This document shows positions 1 through 9,560 of a DNA stretch of 64,000 bases, piece after piece. The notes under the pieces are model-generated. The model saw only the letters and a list, made by a program, of their open reading frames with translations, did not search any database and was not told where the DNA came from. Numbering within the stretch: the first letter of the stretch is position 1; the number at the start of each line of letters is the position of its first letter. The stretch lies in the NCBI GenBank assembly GCA_020161535.1, contig JAIUNW010000008.1, positions 73,908 through 137,907 of the forward strand, given 5' to 3'. A program made the position numbers and the translations under genes. This DNA comes from Bacteroidota bacterium (lineage in GTDB: Bacteria; Bacteroidota; Bacteroidia; Chitinophagales; Chitinophagaceae).

Positions 1-824
1 TATTCAAACTGGTTTCTATCGAGCGGACCCCAGCCGCGTTCGCTGCCGATCTTGTTCATCAGGTTTTGATAAGTGGGAAAGAACTCATCGGCCGCCTGCT
101 GTGAATCGGGCGCCGCGTAAAAATGTGAATTGATACAAAGCGCCGGTACATCATTGCCGGCATCCAGGGCTGCTTTGCGAAACAATTGTACCAGTGGTAC
201 AAACTGCTCAGGCTTGCCGCCCAACAATGCGACTGTCATCGGCAAGCCCAGGGTGCCTGCACGCTTTGCCGAAGCCGGTGTACCACCTACGGCCAACCAA
301 ACAGGTAGGGCCGCTTGTAAAGGTCGCGGGTAAACACCTTGTTGTTGTATTGGTGCACGGAAATGCCCTTTCCAGTCCACTATTTCCGACTTATTTATTT
401 TTAGTAACAAGTCCAGCTTCTCCACAAACAAATCATCATAATCGTCGAGGTTGTAGCCAAACAACGGAAAAGATTCTATAAACGAGCCGCGACCAGCCAT
501 GATCTCCGCGCGGCCGGTAGAAATCAAATCCAAAGTGGCAAATTGTTGAAAAATCCGAACGGGATCAGCCGAACTCAACACCGTCACACTACTACTCAAT
601 TTTATGTTCTGCGTAATGGTTGCCGCGGCTGATAATATCATTTCGGGCGACGAAACCAGGTAGTCGGCCCGATGGTGTTCACCCAAGGCGAACACATCCA
701 GTCCCCATTCATCTGCCAACCGAATCTCTGTCAATAATTCCTGCATGCGCGCGGCCGAACCTGTTGCGCCGCCTGCCTTCCCTTCTGCTGTTACTTCGCC
801 AAAACTGCTTATGCCTAATTCCAT
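1..824 (-). CDS. LLM-class (luciferase-like) flavin-dependent oxidoreductase, C-terminus cut by the window edge
   Basis: The ORF runs off the left edge, so it is absent from the ORF track. My reverse-strand translation from the ATG (rc of 822-824) reads [115 protein letters not shown]..., typical of luciferase-like monooxygenases. It starts 4 nt after the stop of the upstream GMC gene. Confidence 0.75.
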   Translation of the reverse strand, partial: MELGISSFGEVTAEGKAGGATGSAARMQELLTEIRLADEWGLDVFALGEHHRADYLVSSPEMILSAAATITQNIKLSSSVTVLSSADPVRIFQQFATLDLISTGRAEIMAGRGSFIESFPLFGYNLDDYDDLFVEKLDLLLKINKSEIVDWKGHFRAPIQQQGVYPRPLQAALPVWLAVGGTPASAKRAGTLGLPMTVALLGGKPEQFVPLVQLFRKAALDAGNDVPALCINSHFYAAPDSQQAADEFFPTYQNLMNKIGSERGWGPLDRNQFE

Positions 825-828
825 ATGG

Positions 829-2526
829 TCAAATATTTCCTTTTTTCAGTTCTTCTACCGCATGCGCTGCTGCTCTTGCCGTTAAAGCCATGTAAGTAAG
901 CGAGGGATTAACGCAGTGACTGCTGGTCATACAACTGCCATCGGTAATCACCACATTGGGCACTTCATGCATTTGGTTGAATGCATTCAATACCGATGTC
1001 TTCGGGTCTTTTCCCATACGTGCCGTGCCCATTTCATGGTTGGCATTGCCCGGGAACGACATCTTACCTGCTACACGAATATTTTTAAACCCGGCTTTCT
1101 CTAAAATCTCTGCACCCGTGCGCTTCATGTCTTCGTGCATCGCTTTTTCGTTCTCCTTAAATTCGCAATCAACGGCAATCATCGGTCTGCCCCAGGGATC
1201 TTTCTGGTCGTGGTTCAGGGTGATGCGGTTGTCTGCATACGGCAGGCATTCACCAAATGCCCACATGCCAATCACCCAGGGACCCGGCTCTTGTCGCCGG
1301 TTTTTCAATTCCTCGCCAATGCCATCCCCCGAAGCACTGGTTCTCGATGCACTCGCACCGAAATGATAGCCACGCAAAAAATCTTTCACCGGCTCAGTCA
1401 CATTGCGAAAGCGTGGAATATACACACTAGTGGGTCTCCGACCATAGTAGTAACTATCCAGCCAGCCATCAACATCGGCCGAAATCGACAAACCCTTGTG
1501 GTGATCCATCAGGTTACGACCCACCTGGTCGCTGCCATTGCCCAATCCATTGGGAAAACGCGAAGACACAGAGTTTAACAGAATAGCGGTGGTCGCCACC
1601 GTGGCTGCATTCAAAAACAACAGCCGCGCAAAAAAGTTTTCTGTCTTTTTTGTTTGTGTATCGATCACTTCCACACCACTGGCTCTTTGTTTTTTTTCAT
1701 CGTACAATACCTGGTGAACCAGTGAATAGGGTCGAATGGTTAAGTTGCCCGTTGCTTGCGCCGCGGGCAGGGTGCTGGCATTGGTGCTGAAATAGGCACC
1801 GAAGGGACAACCCCGGTGACAAAGATTGCGCGCCTGACAATTGGCGCGTCCTTTCACTGCTTGGGTGAGGTTGGCAGTGCGACCCATAATGACTTGCCGG
1901 GTGTTGTAGGCATTGTGCACCTGCTTTTGAAAATGTTTTTCCACCGCATTCATTTCGAATGCCGGTTGAAATTGTCCGTCGGGCAAGGAAGCTATGCCAT
2001 CTCTATTGCCACTAACGCCAATAAACGATTCCACATAATCGTACCAGGGTGCCAGGTCTTTGTACCGTATCGGCCAGTCGATGCCATGCCCGTCGCGCAG
2101 GTTGGCTTCAAAATTCTGGTCGCTCCAACGGTAACAGGCACGGGCCCAAAGCAGCGACCTGCCGCCAAGAACATCCCCCCTGATCCAATCGAACCGTTTG
2201 ATTTCCTGGTAGGGGTTTTCGATATCATTGATGTAAAAATGTTTATTGTCTTCGCCCAACGAATAATGCCGCGCAGCCACATACCTTTCCTGCTTGTCTT
2301 TGATCGATAAAGTACCGCGGTGTTCAAATTCCCAGGGATGTTTGGTGGCTGTGGTGTAATTGGGATGCGTTACCGGCGCACCGCGTTCGAGAAGCAACAC
2401 TTTCAAACCTTTTTCGCACAATTCTTTGGCTGCCCAGCCGCCGCTGATGCCCGATCCCACCACAATGGCGTCAAATGTATTATTCGGAATGGCTTTTGTA
2501 TTCAGGTAAAGCGAATCTCCTGGCAT
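829..2526 (-). CDS. GMC-family FAD-dependent oxidoreductase
   Basis: Track ORF 829..2577. It has an N-terminal Rossmann FAD motif [18 protein letters not shown] and a C-terminal GMC-type region ([18 protein letters not shown]). The start is placed at the internal ATG (MPGDSLY...) rather than the GTG at 2577. The start is uncertain. Confidence 0.85.
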   Translation of the reverse strand: MPGDSLYLNTKAIPNNTFDAIVVGSGISGGWAAKELCEKGLKVLLLERGAPVTHPNYTTATKHPWEFEHRGTLSIKDKQERYVAARHYSLGEDNKHFYINDIENPYQEIKRFDWIRGDVLGGRSLLWARACYRWSDQNFEANLRDGHGIDWPIRYKDLAPWYDYVESFIGVSGNRDGIASLPDGQFQPAFEMNAVEKHFQKQVHNAYNTRQVIMGRTANLTQAVKGRANCQARNLCHRGCPFGAYFSTNASTLPAAQATGNLTIRPYSLVHQVLYDEKKQRASGVEVIDTQTKKTENFFARLLFLNAATVATTAILLNSVSSRFPNGLGNGSDQVGRNLMDHHKGLSISADVDGWLDSYYYGRRPTSVYIPRFRNVTEPVKDFLRGYHFGASASRTSASGDGIGEELKNRRQEPGPWVIGMWAFGECLPYADNRITLNHDQKDPWGRPMIAVDCEFKENEKAMHEDMKRTGAEILEKAGFKNIRVAGKMSFPGNANHEMGTARMGKDPKTSVLNAFNQMHEVPNVVITDGSCMTSSHCVNPSLTYMALTARAAAHAVEELKKGNI

Positions 2527-2577
2527 TTCAATTTCCTTTTGCCAGTAACTTACAGTAAAATTGGGAAAACAATTCAC

Positions 2578-3144
2578 TTGACACTACCAGAAAAATTAAA
2601 ATCAGGCACCCAGACCGAACATGCGCAACTGGAGAAACAGTTGGTGGGTAAAATGAAAGCTATTCGTGGTACAGTGGATTATATTTCATTGCTCAAGCTG
2701 TTCTACGGATTTTTTCATCCGCTGGAAAAGGAAATGCTGAACTGGTTGCATAAAGGCAATATGCCCGATGTGGAGGAACGCCGGAAGTCGACCGAAATAC
2801 TTAATGATATACGAGCACTTGGCGGACAAACGGAATCGATGCAGGAATCGGATTCTTTGCCACCGATAACAAGCTATTTGCAGGCCTTGGGCGCGGCCTA
2901 TGTGCTGGAAGGATCCACGTTGGGGGGGACGGTGATAGCCGGGATGATGAAAAAACAATTGGCGAAAGAGGATGACGGCGGACTATCCTTTTTTCAGGGC
3001 TATGGCGAAAATACGCGGGAGATGTGGCGGAAATTCAATGAGTACTTGCTCGCTGTACAGTCGCCCGAAGACCAGGAAATTGTTTTGACAGCAGCGCGCG
3101 ACAGCTTTTTATCTTTCAAAAAATGGGCCGACCAATATGCGTGA
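2578..3144 (+). CDS. bphO: Biliverdin-producing heme oxygenase (BphO-like)
   Basis: This is the in-frame tail of track ORF 2320..3144. The upstream part overlaps the GMC gene and has no ATG. TTG at 2578 gives (M)TLPEKLKSGTQTEHAQLEKQL, the usual heme oxygenase N-terminus with the proximal His. There is an 8-nt overlap (ATGCGTGA) with the phytochrome gene. Confidence 0.7.
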   Translation: MTLPEKLKSGTQTEHAQLEKQLVGKMKAIRGTVDYISLLKLFYGFFHPLEKEMLNWLHKGNMPDVEERRKSTEILNDIRALGGQTESMQESDSLPPITSYLQALGAAYVLEGSTLGGTVIAGMMKKQLAKEDDGGLSFFQGYGENTREMWRKFNEYLLAVQSPEDQEIVLTAARDSFLSFKKWADQYA

Positions 3145-4633
3145 TTTTTCGAAGTACGATTCTGCTTTCTGCGCCAATATTCCCATTCATATTATTAATG
3201 CTGTTCAATCGTATGGGGTATTATTGGTGGTTGACAAAAAGAACGGCGATATCGTTCAGTTAAGTGAAAATGCGGATCAGTTGTTTTTAATGCCAGCGCG
3301 TAAGATGGCAGGCCGGCTTTTCAGCGAGTTTGTTTCCCTGGCCCATGTGCCGGCCAATTGGATAAGCGAAACTGGCCGTTACAATATTGTTTTGGACATT
3401 GGTGCACAGGAGCACGATGCTATTTTGCATGTGGATGAAAAACAATTGACGATCGAAATTGAACTGGCATCTATCGCTCCCAACCAACAAAATGCCATTG
3501 ATTTTTTCCGCGAAATCAAAGCGCCGATGGAGCAGATCGAAAAAGCCGAAACACTCCCAGCGCTTTGTACCATTGCGGCCGATGTTTTGAAACGTTTGTC
3601 GGGTTTTGACAAAGTCATGATCTATTCCTTTGATGAAGACTGGAATGGTTTTGTTTTGGCAGAAGCTCGTGAGCCAGATATGGAGTCCTATCTGGGGTTC
3701 ACTTTTCCTGCGGCCGACATACCCAAGCCCGCGCGTGATCTCTACCTGCGCAACGCTTATCGTTGCATCCCCGACCGCGAAGCACCATCGGTTCCGTTGT
3801 ATCCGATCGTTCATCCGCTGACGGAAACATTTCTTGATATGTCGCTCTGCAACCTGCGCGCTGTTCCGACCGTGCACCTTGAATACCTTAAAAATATGCG
3901 CGTAGGGGCTTCGATGTCGGTCCGCCTGTTGCGCCATGGGGAGCTATGGGGCCTGATTGCCTGTCATCATAAAACAGCTTACGCCAGCAACGGGCGACAA
4001 AAAGCCTTGTTTGAACTGTTCTCGGGTGTGATTTCCGCCCGCATAACAGAACTCGAAAACCAACAGCTTCACCAACAGCACTCGCGGCTGGCTTCACTTT
4101 ATGCAGCACTTATTGATGGCGTGAACCAAAGCACATCCATGATGGATGCTTTGTTGTATGGGAAGCCGAATGTATTGGAACTATTTAATGCCGATGGCGC
4201 GATTGCCGTGCATCATCAACAAAGCAAATCGGTGGGCACCGCGCCCGAAGCGGAACTGTTAAAAGATTTATTGCTGTGGTTGCATGTAAAGCAGTTGCGG
4301 AAAATCTACCAGACAGATGTTTTGCCTTCGGTATATGAAATGAACGAAGACCAAAAACCATTGATCAGTGGGCTGCTGGCAATTCCGATTCGCGCGTCTG
4401 AAGATGAATACCTGCTTTTATTCCGGAAGGAAGTTAAACGGACAACCAACTGGGGTGGCAACCCGGCTGAAAGAATTTTCTTTGAAAAAGATCCACAGCA
4501 ATTCCATCCCCGACACTCTTTTCAATTGTGGCAGGAGCATGTAAGCGGGTCCTCACCGGCATGGACATACGAAGAACAGCAACTTGCCGAAAAATTGCGC
4601 CTGTTTATTCTTCAACAGGCGATGAAAGGATAG
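3137..4633 (+). CDS. bphP: Bacteriophytochrome photosensory core (PAS-GAF-PHY) without an output domain
   Basis: Cys12 lies 4 residues before PIH (FCANIPIHIINAVQSYG). GAF motifs are AADIPKPARDLY, VHLEYLKNMRVGASMSV and LWGLIACHH. PHY tongue motifs are TNWGGNP and HPRHSFQLW. The protein ends at 498 aa with no HisKA/HATPase. Confidence 0.85.
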   Translation: MRDFSKYDSAFCANIPIHIINAVQSYGVLLVVDKKNGDIVQLSENADQLFLMPARKMAGRLFSEFVSLAHVPANWISETGRYNIVLDIGAQEHDAILHVDEKQLTIEIELASIAPNQQNAIDFFREIKAPMEQIEKAETLPALCTIAADVLKRLSGFDKVMIYSFDEDWNGFVLAEAREPDMESYLGFTFPAADIPKPARDLYLRNAYRCIPDREAPSVPLYPIVHPLTETFLDMSLCNLRAVPTVHLEYLKNMRVGASMSVRLLRHGELWGLIACHHKTAYASNGRQKALFELFSGVISARITELENQQLHQQHSRLASLYAALIDGVNQSTSMMDALLYGKPNVLELFNADGAIAVHHQQSKSVGTAPEAELLKDLLLWLHVKQLRKIYQTDVLPSVYEMNEDQKPLISGLLAIPIRASEDEYLLLFRKEVKRTTNWGGNPAERIFFEKDPQQFHPRHSFQLWQEHVSGSSPAWTYEEQQLAEKLRLFILQQAMKG

Positions 4634-4660
4634 GTTAGCAGCTCTTGGCTAGGCAGTAAT

Positions 4661-5026
4661 TTACACAGCCGCGGCCATTTTAGGCGCCGACAGAAAATGA
4701 TCTTCGAGTGGCATGGTAGACCAGTCGTTGGTGGGATCAATAATCGGGCAATTGTGGTTCTTGATCAGGGGGATCATTTTCCAGGCCTGGTCGATCAGGC
4801 GTTCGTTATCTACCGAAACCGGTCGAACCCGTGGATTTTCGCGCGCCAGAATTCGCCCCTGCAAATCAAACAGCGTGTGCTGAAAAAATTTTGCTTTTAC
4901 CCCGCCGTCATTGCCAAAAACGCAATTGCCCAACAACACACCCATTACGGTTCCGTCGATCAACGCGAGAATGTTGTTGTGAATAAAAGCGATGTCAGAT
5001 GGGTCGTTCCCGTTGAGCAGTGTCAT
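4661..5026 (-). CDS. Hypothetical protein (121 aa), short internal beta-hairpin-like repeats
   Basis: The only long ORF in this gap, convergent with bphP. It has repeated hydrophobic-x-D/N-G-x-hydrophobic-G stretches (ILALIDGTVMGVLLG, VFGNDGGVKAKF, LFDLQGRILA). No family is recognised with certainty. Confidence 0.45.
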   Translation of the reverse strand: MTLLNGNDPSDIAFIHNNILALIDGTVMGVLLGNCVFGNDGGVKAKFFQHTLFDLQGRILARENPRVRPVSVDNERLIDQAWKMIPLIKNHNCPIIDPTNDWSTMPLEDHFLSAPKMAAAV

Positions 5027-5181
5027 ACGGTTGTTTTAGTTGTTGTAGATGTTCGGTTACGCCAGCAAATTCGGAAAAAGGCCCTAACCGTATGTTACCT
5101 AATTGTTACCAAATTTGACCGCTGCAGTTTATCGGGAAGATTTGTGGAAAACTTTAGCCGTACATTTGAATAATTGCCAAT

Positions 5182-7155
5182 ATGAAAAAGATTTTTTTAG
5201 TAATCAGCCTGTTGAGCGGGCTTGCCTACGGACAAAGCTCCGTACAACAACTGGCGCCCGTCAATTTTTCGGATGTGACCATCACCGATCCCTTTTGGAA
5301 AAGTCGCATGGATGCCGTGGCCACCAATACACTACAAGCCTGCATTTTGTACACCGAAAACCGAACGGGCCGCATTCGCAATTTTGAGAAAGCCGCCGCC
5401 AAAACCGGTAAACACGAGGGCATCTATTTCGACGACTCCGACGTGTATAAGGCGATTGAAGCCATGGCCTATTCCTTGAAGCATCATCCCGATGCGGCCG
5501 TTGAAAAAAAGGCCGATGAATGGATTGCTAAAATAGCTGCCGCGCAATTGCCCGATGGTTATCTCAATACATATTATCAACTAACGGGCTTGGACAAACG
5601 CTGGACCGACATGGAGAAGCACGAAGACTATTGTGCCGGTCATTTGATTGAAGCCGCCATTGCCTACTTTAACACCACCGGTAAGCGATTGCTCTTGGAT
5701 GTTGCCATCCGCTTTGCGGATAATATCGATTCTACTTTCCGTTTGCAGAACCGGCATTGGGTGAGCGGTCACCAGGAAATTGAGCTGGCCTTGATGCGCC
5801 TCTATCACCAAACGGGTAATGCGAAATACCTCGCGCTGTCCACCTGGTTTCTTGAACAACGCGGGCATGGTTATGGCCGCGGCGTGATTTGGGATGAATG
5901 GAAAGACCCCGCATACTGCCAGGACGCAACCCCCGTGAAAGAACAACAAGAGATCACCGGCCATGCGGTGCGCGCCATGTACATGTACACCGGCGCGGCC
6001 GATGTGGCGGCGGTGACCAACGATGGTGGTTATATCAATGCCATGCAGCGCATTTGGGAAGATGTGGTGCATCGCAATATGTATATCACCGGTGGCATTG
6101 GTGCCCAGGGAAAGAACGAAGGTTTTGGGGCCGACTATGCGTTGCCGAACGAATCGGCCTATTGCGAAACCTGTGCCTCGGTGGGCATGGTGTTTTGGAA
6201 CCAACGCATGAATATGCTATCGGGAGAAAGTAAGTATGTAGATGTGCTGGAGAAGAGTTTGTACAATGGTGCGCTGGATGGCTTGTCGCTAAAAGGCGAT
6301 CATTTCTTTTATGGTAACCCGCTGGCTTCTTCGGGCGGCTATGGCAGACGCGAATGGTTTGGAACAGCTTGTTGTCCGTCGAATATCGCGCGACTGGTAA
6401 GCTCACTTGGCAACTATGTGTACAGCGTTTCAGCCGATGCCCTATGGGTGCAATTGTATATTGGCAGCGAGTTGAATACCAAATGGCAGGGCGCAGACCT
6501 ACGGGTAAAACAGTTGTCGGGCTTGCCATGGCATGGTGCAGTATCGTTGCAGGTGGAGCAGGCACCGAAGAAAAAATTTGCGCTGCGTTTGCGTTTACCC
6601 GGTTGGTTAAGTGAAGCGGCACCGGGCGATTTATACCAATATATTAATAACAGTGTGGGGTTGCCAGTAATAAGACTAAATGGGGAAGTGATTGGTTTCA
6701 ACACCGACCGTGGCTATGCCGTGATTGATCGCAAGTGGAAGGCGGGCGATAAGATTGAGATTAATTTTCCGATGCAAGTAAGATGGGTGAAAAGCAACAC
6801 CGCGCTTACGGAAAACAAAGACCGGGTTGCGCTGCAATATGGACCAATGATGTACTGTGTGGAAGCGGCCGACAATGCCGGTAAGGCCTGGGATTTTATT
6901 GTGCCTGTCACGAATGACAATGCTGCAAGCATGGCTTCTGCTTCTGTGGTGAACTATGAAGCCAAACTACTCGATGGTGTGAACCGTATTGAATTTGATG
7001 TATTGGCGCTACAGGGCTCGGCCGATGGCAAGTCCTTACAAGCCGTTCCTGGCAAACGCAAAGCCATTCCGTATTTCAGTTGGAACAACCGCGGTGCCGG
7101 TGAAATGCAGGTATGGTTGCCCACGGCGATTCGTTCGGTGAAGGTGAATCCCTAA
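5182..7155 (+). CDS. Glycoside hydrolase family 127 (beta-L-arabinofuranosidase-like, DUF1680)
   Basis: Signal peptide. It has the GH127 Zn/catalytic cysteine context YCETCASVGMVFWNQRM and GTACCPSNIARL, and GHLIEAAIAYF. Confidence 0.85.
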   Translation: MKKIFLVISLLSGLAYGQSSVQQLAPVNFSDVTITDPFWKSRMDAVATNTLQACILYTENRTGRIRNFEKAAAKTGKHEGIYFDDSDVYKAIEAMAYSLKHHPDAAVEKKADEWIAKIAAAQLPDGYLNTYYQLTGLDKRWTDMEKHEDYCAGHLIEAAIAYFNTTGKRLLLDVAIRFADNIDSTFRLQNRHWVSGHQEIELALMRLYHQTGNAKYLALSTWFLEQRGHGYGRGVIWDEWKDPAYCQDATPVKEQQEITGHAVRAMYMYTGAADVAAVTNDGGYINAMQRIWEDVVHRNMYITGGIGAQGKNEGFGADYALPNESAYCETCASVGMVFWNQRMNMLSGESKYVDVLEKSLYNGALDGLSLKGDHFFYGNPLASSGGYGRREWFGTACCPSNIARLVSSLGNYVYSVSADALWVQLYIGSELNTKWQGADLRVKQLSGLPWHGAVSLQVEQAPKKKFALRLRLPGWLSEAAPGDLYQYINNSVGLPVIRLNGEVIGFNTDRGYAVIDRKWKAGDKIEINFPMQVRWVKSNTALTENKDRVALQYGPMMYCVEAADNAGKAWDFIVPVTNDNAASMASASVVNYEAKLLDGVNRIEFDVLALQGSADGKSLQAVPGKRKAIPYFSWNNRGAGEMQVWLPTAIRSVKVNP

Positions 7156-7997
7156 GGCAACAAGTATTTCTCCACCGGTAAACAGTGTATGCCTTCCACT
7201 TCCCGATAAGAATTGGTGCTATAAATGGAAGCGACATTTTCTATCTGTACACCCTTGCTGAAAATGCCGTGGCTGACCACCAGGTTAACTTCAACAGCGC
7301 CTTTTTCTTTTAGCATACCAGCGGTGCCGGCAAAAGTGCCACCGCCATCGCAGATATCATCAATAATAAAACAGGTTTTACCGCCGAGGTTATTGGCAGT
7401 GGTGTTGAAATGGGAGAGGGCGCCGGTTTTCAGGTCGCGCTCTTTCATACATTCAATCACCTGGGTGCTGCCAAGAAAATGCGCAAGTTGGTGAATTTTT
7501 TTCAGGGCACCGGCGTCGGGTGATACCAACCAGTAATCTGTTTTCGAATATGTTTGTTGATAGAGGGTCAATGCATCCCGTACAAATTGGTGATTGGGGA
7601 TGGCGTAGGAACGGTCGATTAGCGCTGTACTCACTTCCGAGTGCGGATCAAAGATGAGTACTTTGCTGAATCCAGCCTGGTTGATCATGCCGGCGATGGT
7701 TTTCAAAGAGAAGGGCTCGCCGCTGAGCATCACCCGGTCCATGCGTGCCGCAAGCAGGTAGGAAACTACCAGTTCTACTTTTTCAAACTCCAGGTAGTCG
7801 AGTACATTCTTGCAGAACAGGGCCAACAGCAGGTCATCCGCAGAAGCAATACGCGTGATCAGTTTTATTTTTTCACCCCGATCGATGTGGGCGACGCTTT
7901 GCATATTGATTTTGATATGGGGCTGCTTGTCGGGGAAAAGTAGTCGGGTGTAAGCAATATCTGAAGTGGCTGGCGTAATCAGGTTAAGTTTTTTCAT
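7152..7997 (-). CDS. prs: Ribose-phosphate pyrophosphokinase (PRPP synthetase), NadV-associated paralog
   Basis: Track ORF 7152..8036. It has the PRPP-binding loop FIIDDICDGGGT and the FDPHS motif. The start is placed at MKKLNLITP (rc ATG 7995-7997). It lies downstream of nadV on the same strand. Confidence 0.8.
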   Translation of the reverse strand: MKKLNLITPATSDIAYTRLLFPDKQPHIKINMQSVAHIDRGEKIKLITRIASADDLLLALFCKNVLDYLEFEKVELVVSYLLAARMDRVMLSGEPFSLKTIAGMINQAGFSKVLIFDPHSEVSTALIDRSYAIPNHQFVRDALTLYQQTYSKTDYWLVSPDAGALKKIHQLAHFLGSTQVIECMKERDLKTGALSHFNTTANNLGGKTCFIIDDICDGGGTFAGTAGMLKEKGAVEVNLVVSHGIFSKGVQIENVASIYSTNSYREVEGIHCLPVEKYLLP

Positions 7998-8084
7998 TTG
8001 ACTGACATATTTTGGGCGCATGGCGCTGGCCACCATATTGGCCGGGAGGTTGTTGGTTATTTGTTTGGCGTTTGTGGGTCACCG

Positions 8085-9560
8085 TTATAATTGTGATTTC
8101 AGCAAATGGCGGATCTCGCTGAGCGACCAATCGCGCAACAATTTGCCGTCGCGAAAAACAGGTTGTAGTTCGCCCTGGGCTTCTTCCTGCCAGCTACACT
8201 GGTCTTTCAGAGCGAGCTTGCCGGTGCTTTTGTCACGGTACACTTGCATCAGTCCGCGCGCCGATTTCTTGGTGCCATCGTCGGTTTTCGGGTCTTTGAA
8301 AATATCGCGGCCCACGCCATCAACTTCGCCGTAAGTGGCTTTCATCGCGAACCCGAAATTATCGCGGGTTACATATTCGTAGGTGAAGGAGCCGATGCCC
8401 AACACTACATTGTAGCTGGCAAAGCCTTTTTGTTTCAACCCTTCCAGGATGGCTTTTTGCCTTTCGAGCGTGATGCTATCGCCATAGATCAGGCCGATAT
8501 GTCCATCGAGCAGCTTGTATCCTTTCTCCGTAATGCTGCCGCCGAAGGTTTCCCACATACATTCAATAGCGCCTTTAAAGGCAGGCGATCCGGGCACGGC
8601 ATCGGGATCACCGACAATGATCTTTACGGGATCACCACTGTCAGGTCGTATCACCAGTTTGCCATTTCGAGCCAGGATTTTTGTTTTTAGTTGTGGCAGA
8701 AACTCAGTGATCACTTGCCAAAAATCCCAGGTATCGCTAACCACTGAAACGATGCCGGTGGGATAAACTTCGGTGATCAGTCGCTCAAAAGTTTTGATCT
8801 CGCCATCTTGCGTGCCCATGCACATTACGCTGTGTTCGGTAGCGGGTACGGATCCACCCACTAATTCGTTATCCGCGTCAGCGTTGTAATAGGTTTCCAA
8901 AAAGTCGATGGCGGGAATGGTGTCGGTGCCTGCGAAACTCAACAGGTGACCGGCGCCACTCATCAGGGCATCTTCTACACCGCTCATGCCGCGGAAAGAA
9001 AAATCATGTCCCTGCCAGGGCAGAAAACTTTTGTCTTCGCCAACAGTATCATGTGCGTACTGCGTGAAAACGCGCAGGTAGTGAAAGGCCGTGGTGGCTG
9101 AAGTGCAGGGTTTCCAGGTAATGGCGCTAACGATGGTTTCGAGCATATTGGTGAGCCAGAAAAATGCGGGTTTCGTATTGCGAATGGTGAATACCGGCAC
9201 TTTCATGGACACCAGGCTGCCTTCGGGCAGGGCTTTGATTTCGATGGGCAGGTAACCGAGGTCGTGCAGGGCGGCAATATGGTCGTACGTGATGCTGTCT
9301 TTGCCAAGGTAGTTATCGATGCGGCGGCGATAAGCTTTCATCACTTCTTCTTTCGGCCGGTTGAAAAATTCTTCGTTGAATTGTTTGATCAGGTATTCTT
9401 TGATGAAATATTGCAGGCCGAAAAAAACCACATTTTCCATGTCGGGGTTGCGGCTTTTGCGCGGTGTGAGGTTGGAATACACAAGGCTGGTGCCGGCGGG
9501 GTATTGAAATTTATGACCCACTTTATAACCATCTTTCAGCAGCAAGGGAAGGAGTTTCAT
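8085..9560 (-). CDS. nadV: Nicotinamide phosphoribosyltransferase
   Basis: 491 aa. The N-terminus LLKDGYKVGHKFQYP, then GHDFSFRGMS, SVPATEHSVM and IRPDSGDP, are characteristic of NAMPT/NadV. Confidence 0.9.
   Translation of the reverse strand: MKLLPLLLKDGYKVGHKFQYPAGTSLVYSNLTPRKSRNPDMENVVFFGLQYFIKEYLIKQFNEEFFNRPKEEVMKAYRRRIDNYLGKDSITYDHIAALHDLGYLPIEIKALPEGSLVSMKVPVFTIRNTKPAFFWLTNMLETIVSAITWKPCTSATTAFHYLRVFTQYAHDTVGEDKSFLPWQGHDFSFRGMSGVEDALMSGAGHLLSFAGTDTIPAIDFLETYYNADADNELVGGSVPATEHSVMCMGTQDGEIKTFERLITEVYPTGIVSVVSDTWDFWQVITEFLPQLKTKILARNGKLVIRPDSGDPVKIIVGDPDAVPGSPAFKGAIECMWETFGGSITEKGYKLLDGHIGLIYGDSITLERQKAILEGLKQKGFASYNVVLGIGSFTYEYVTRDNFGFAMKATYGEVDGVGRDIFKDPKTDDGTKKSARGLMQVYRDKSTGKLALKDQCSWQEEAQGELQPVFRDGKLLRDWSLSEIRHLLKSQL

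Noticed and set aside
2320-2577. Upstream 86 codons of the heme oxygenase track ORF.
   Set aside because: This part lies entirely antisense to the N-terminal FAD-binding region of the GMC oxidoreductase. The heme oxygenase homology begins at the TTG at 2578.
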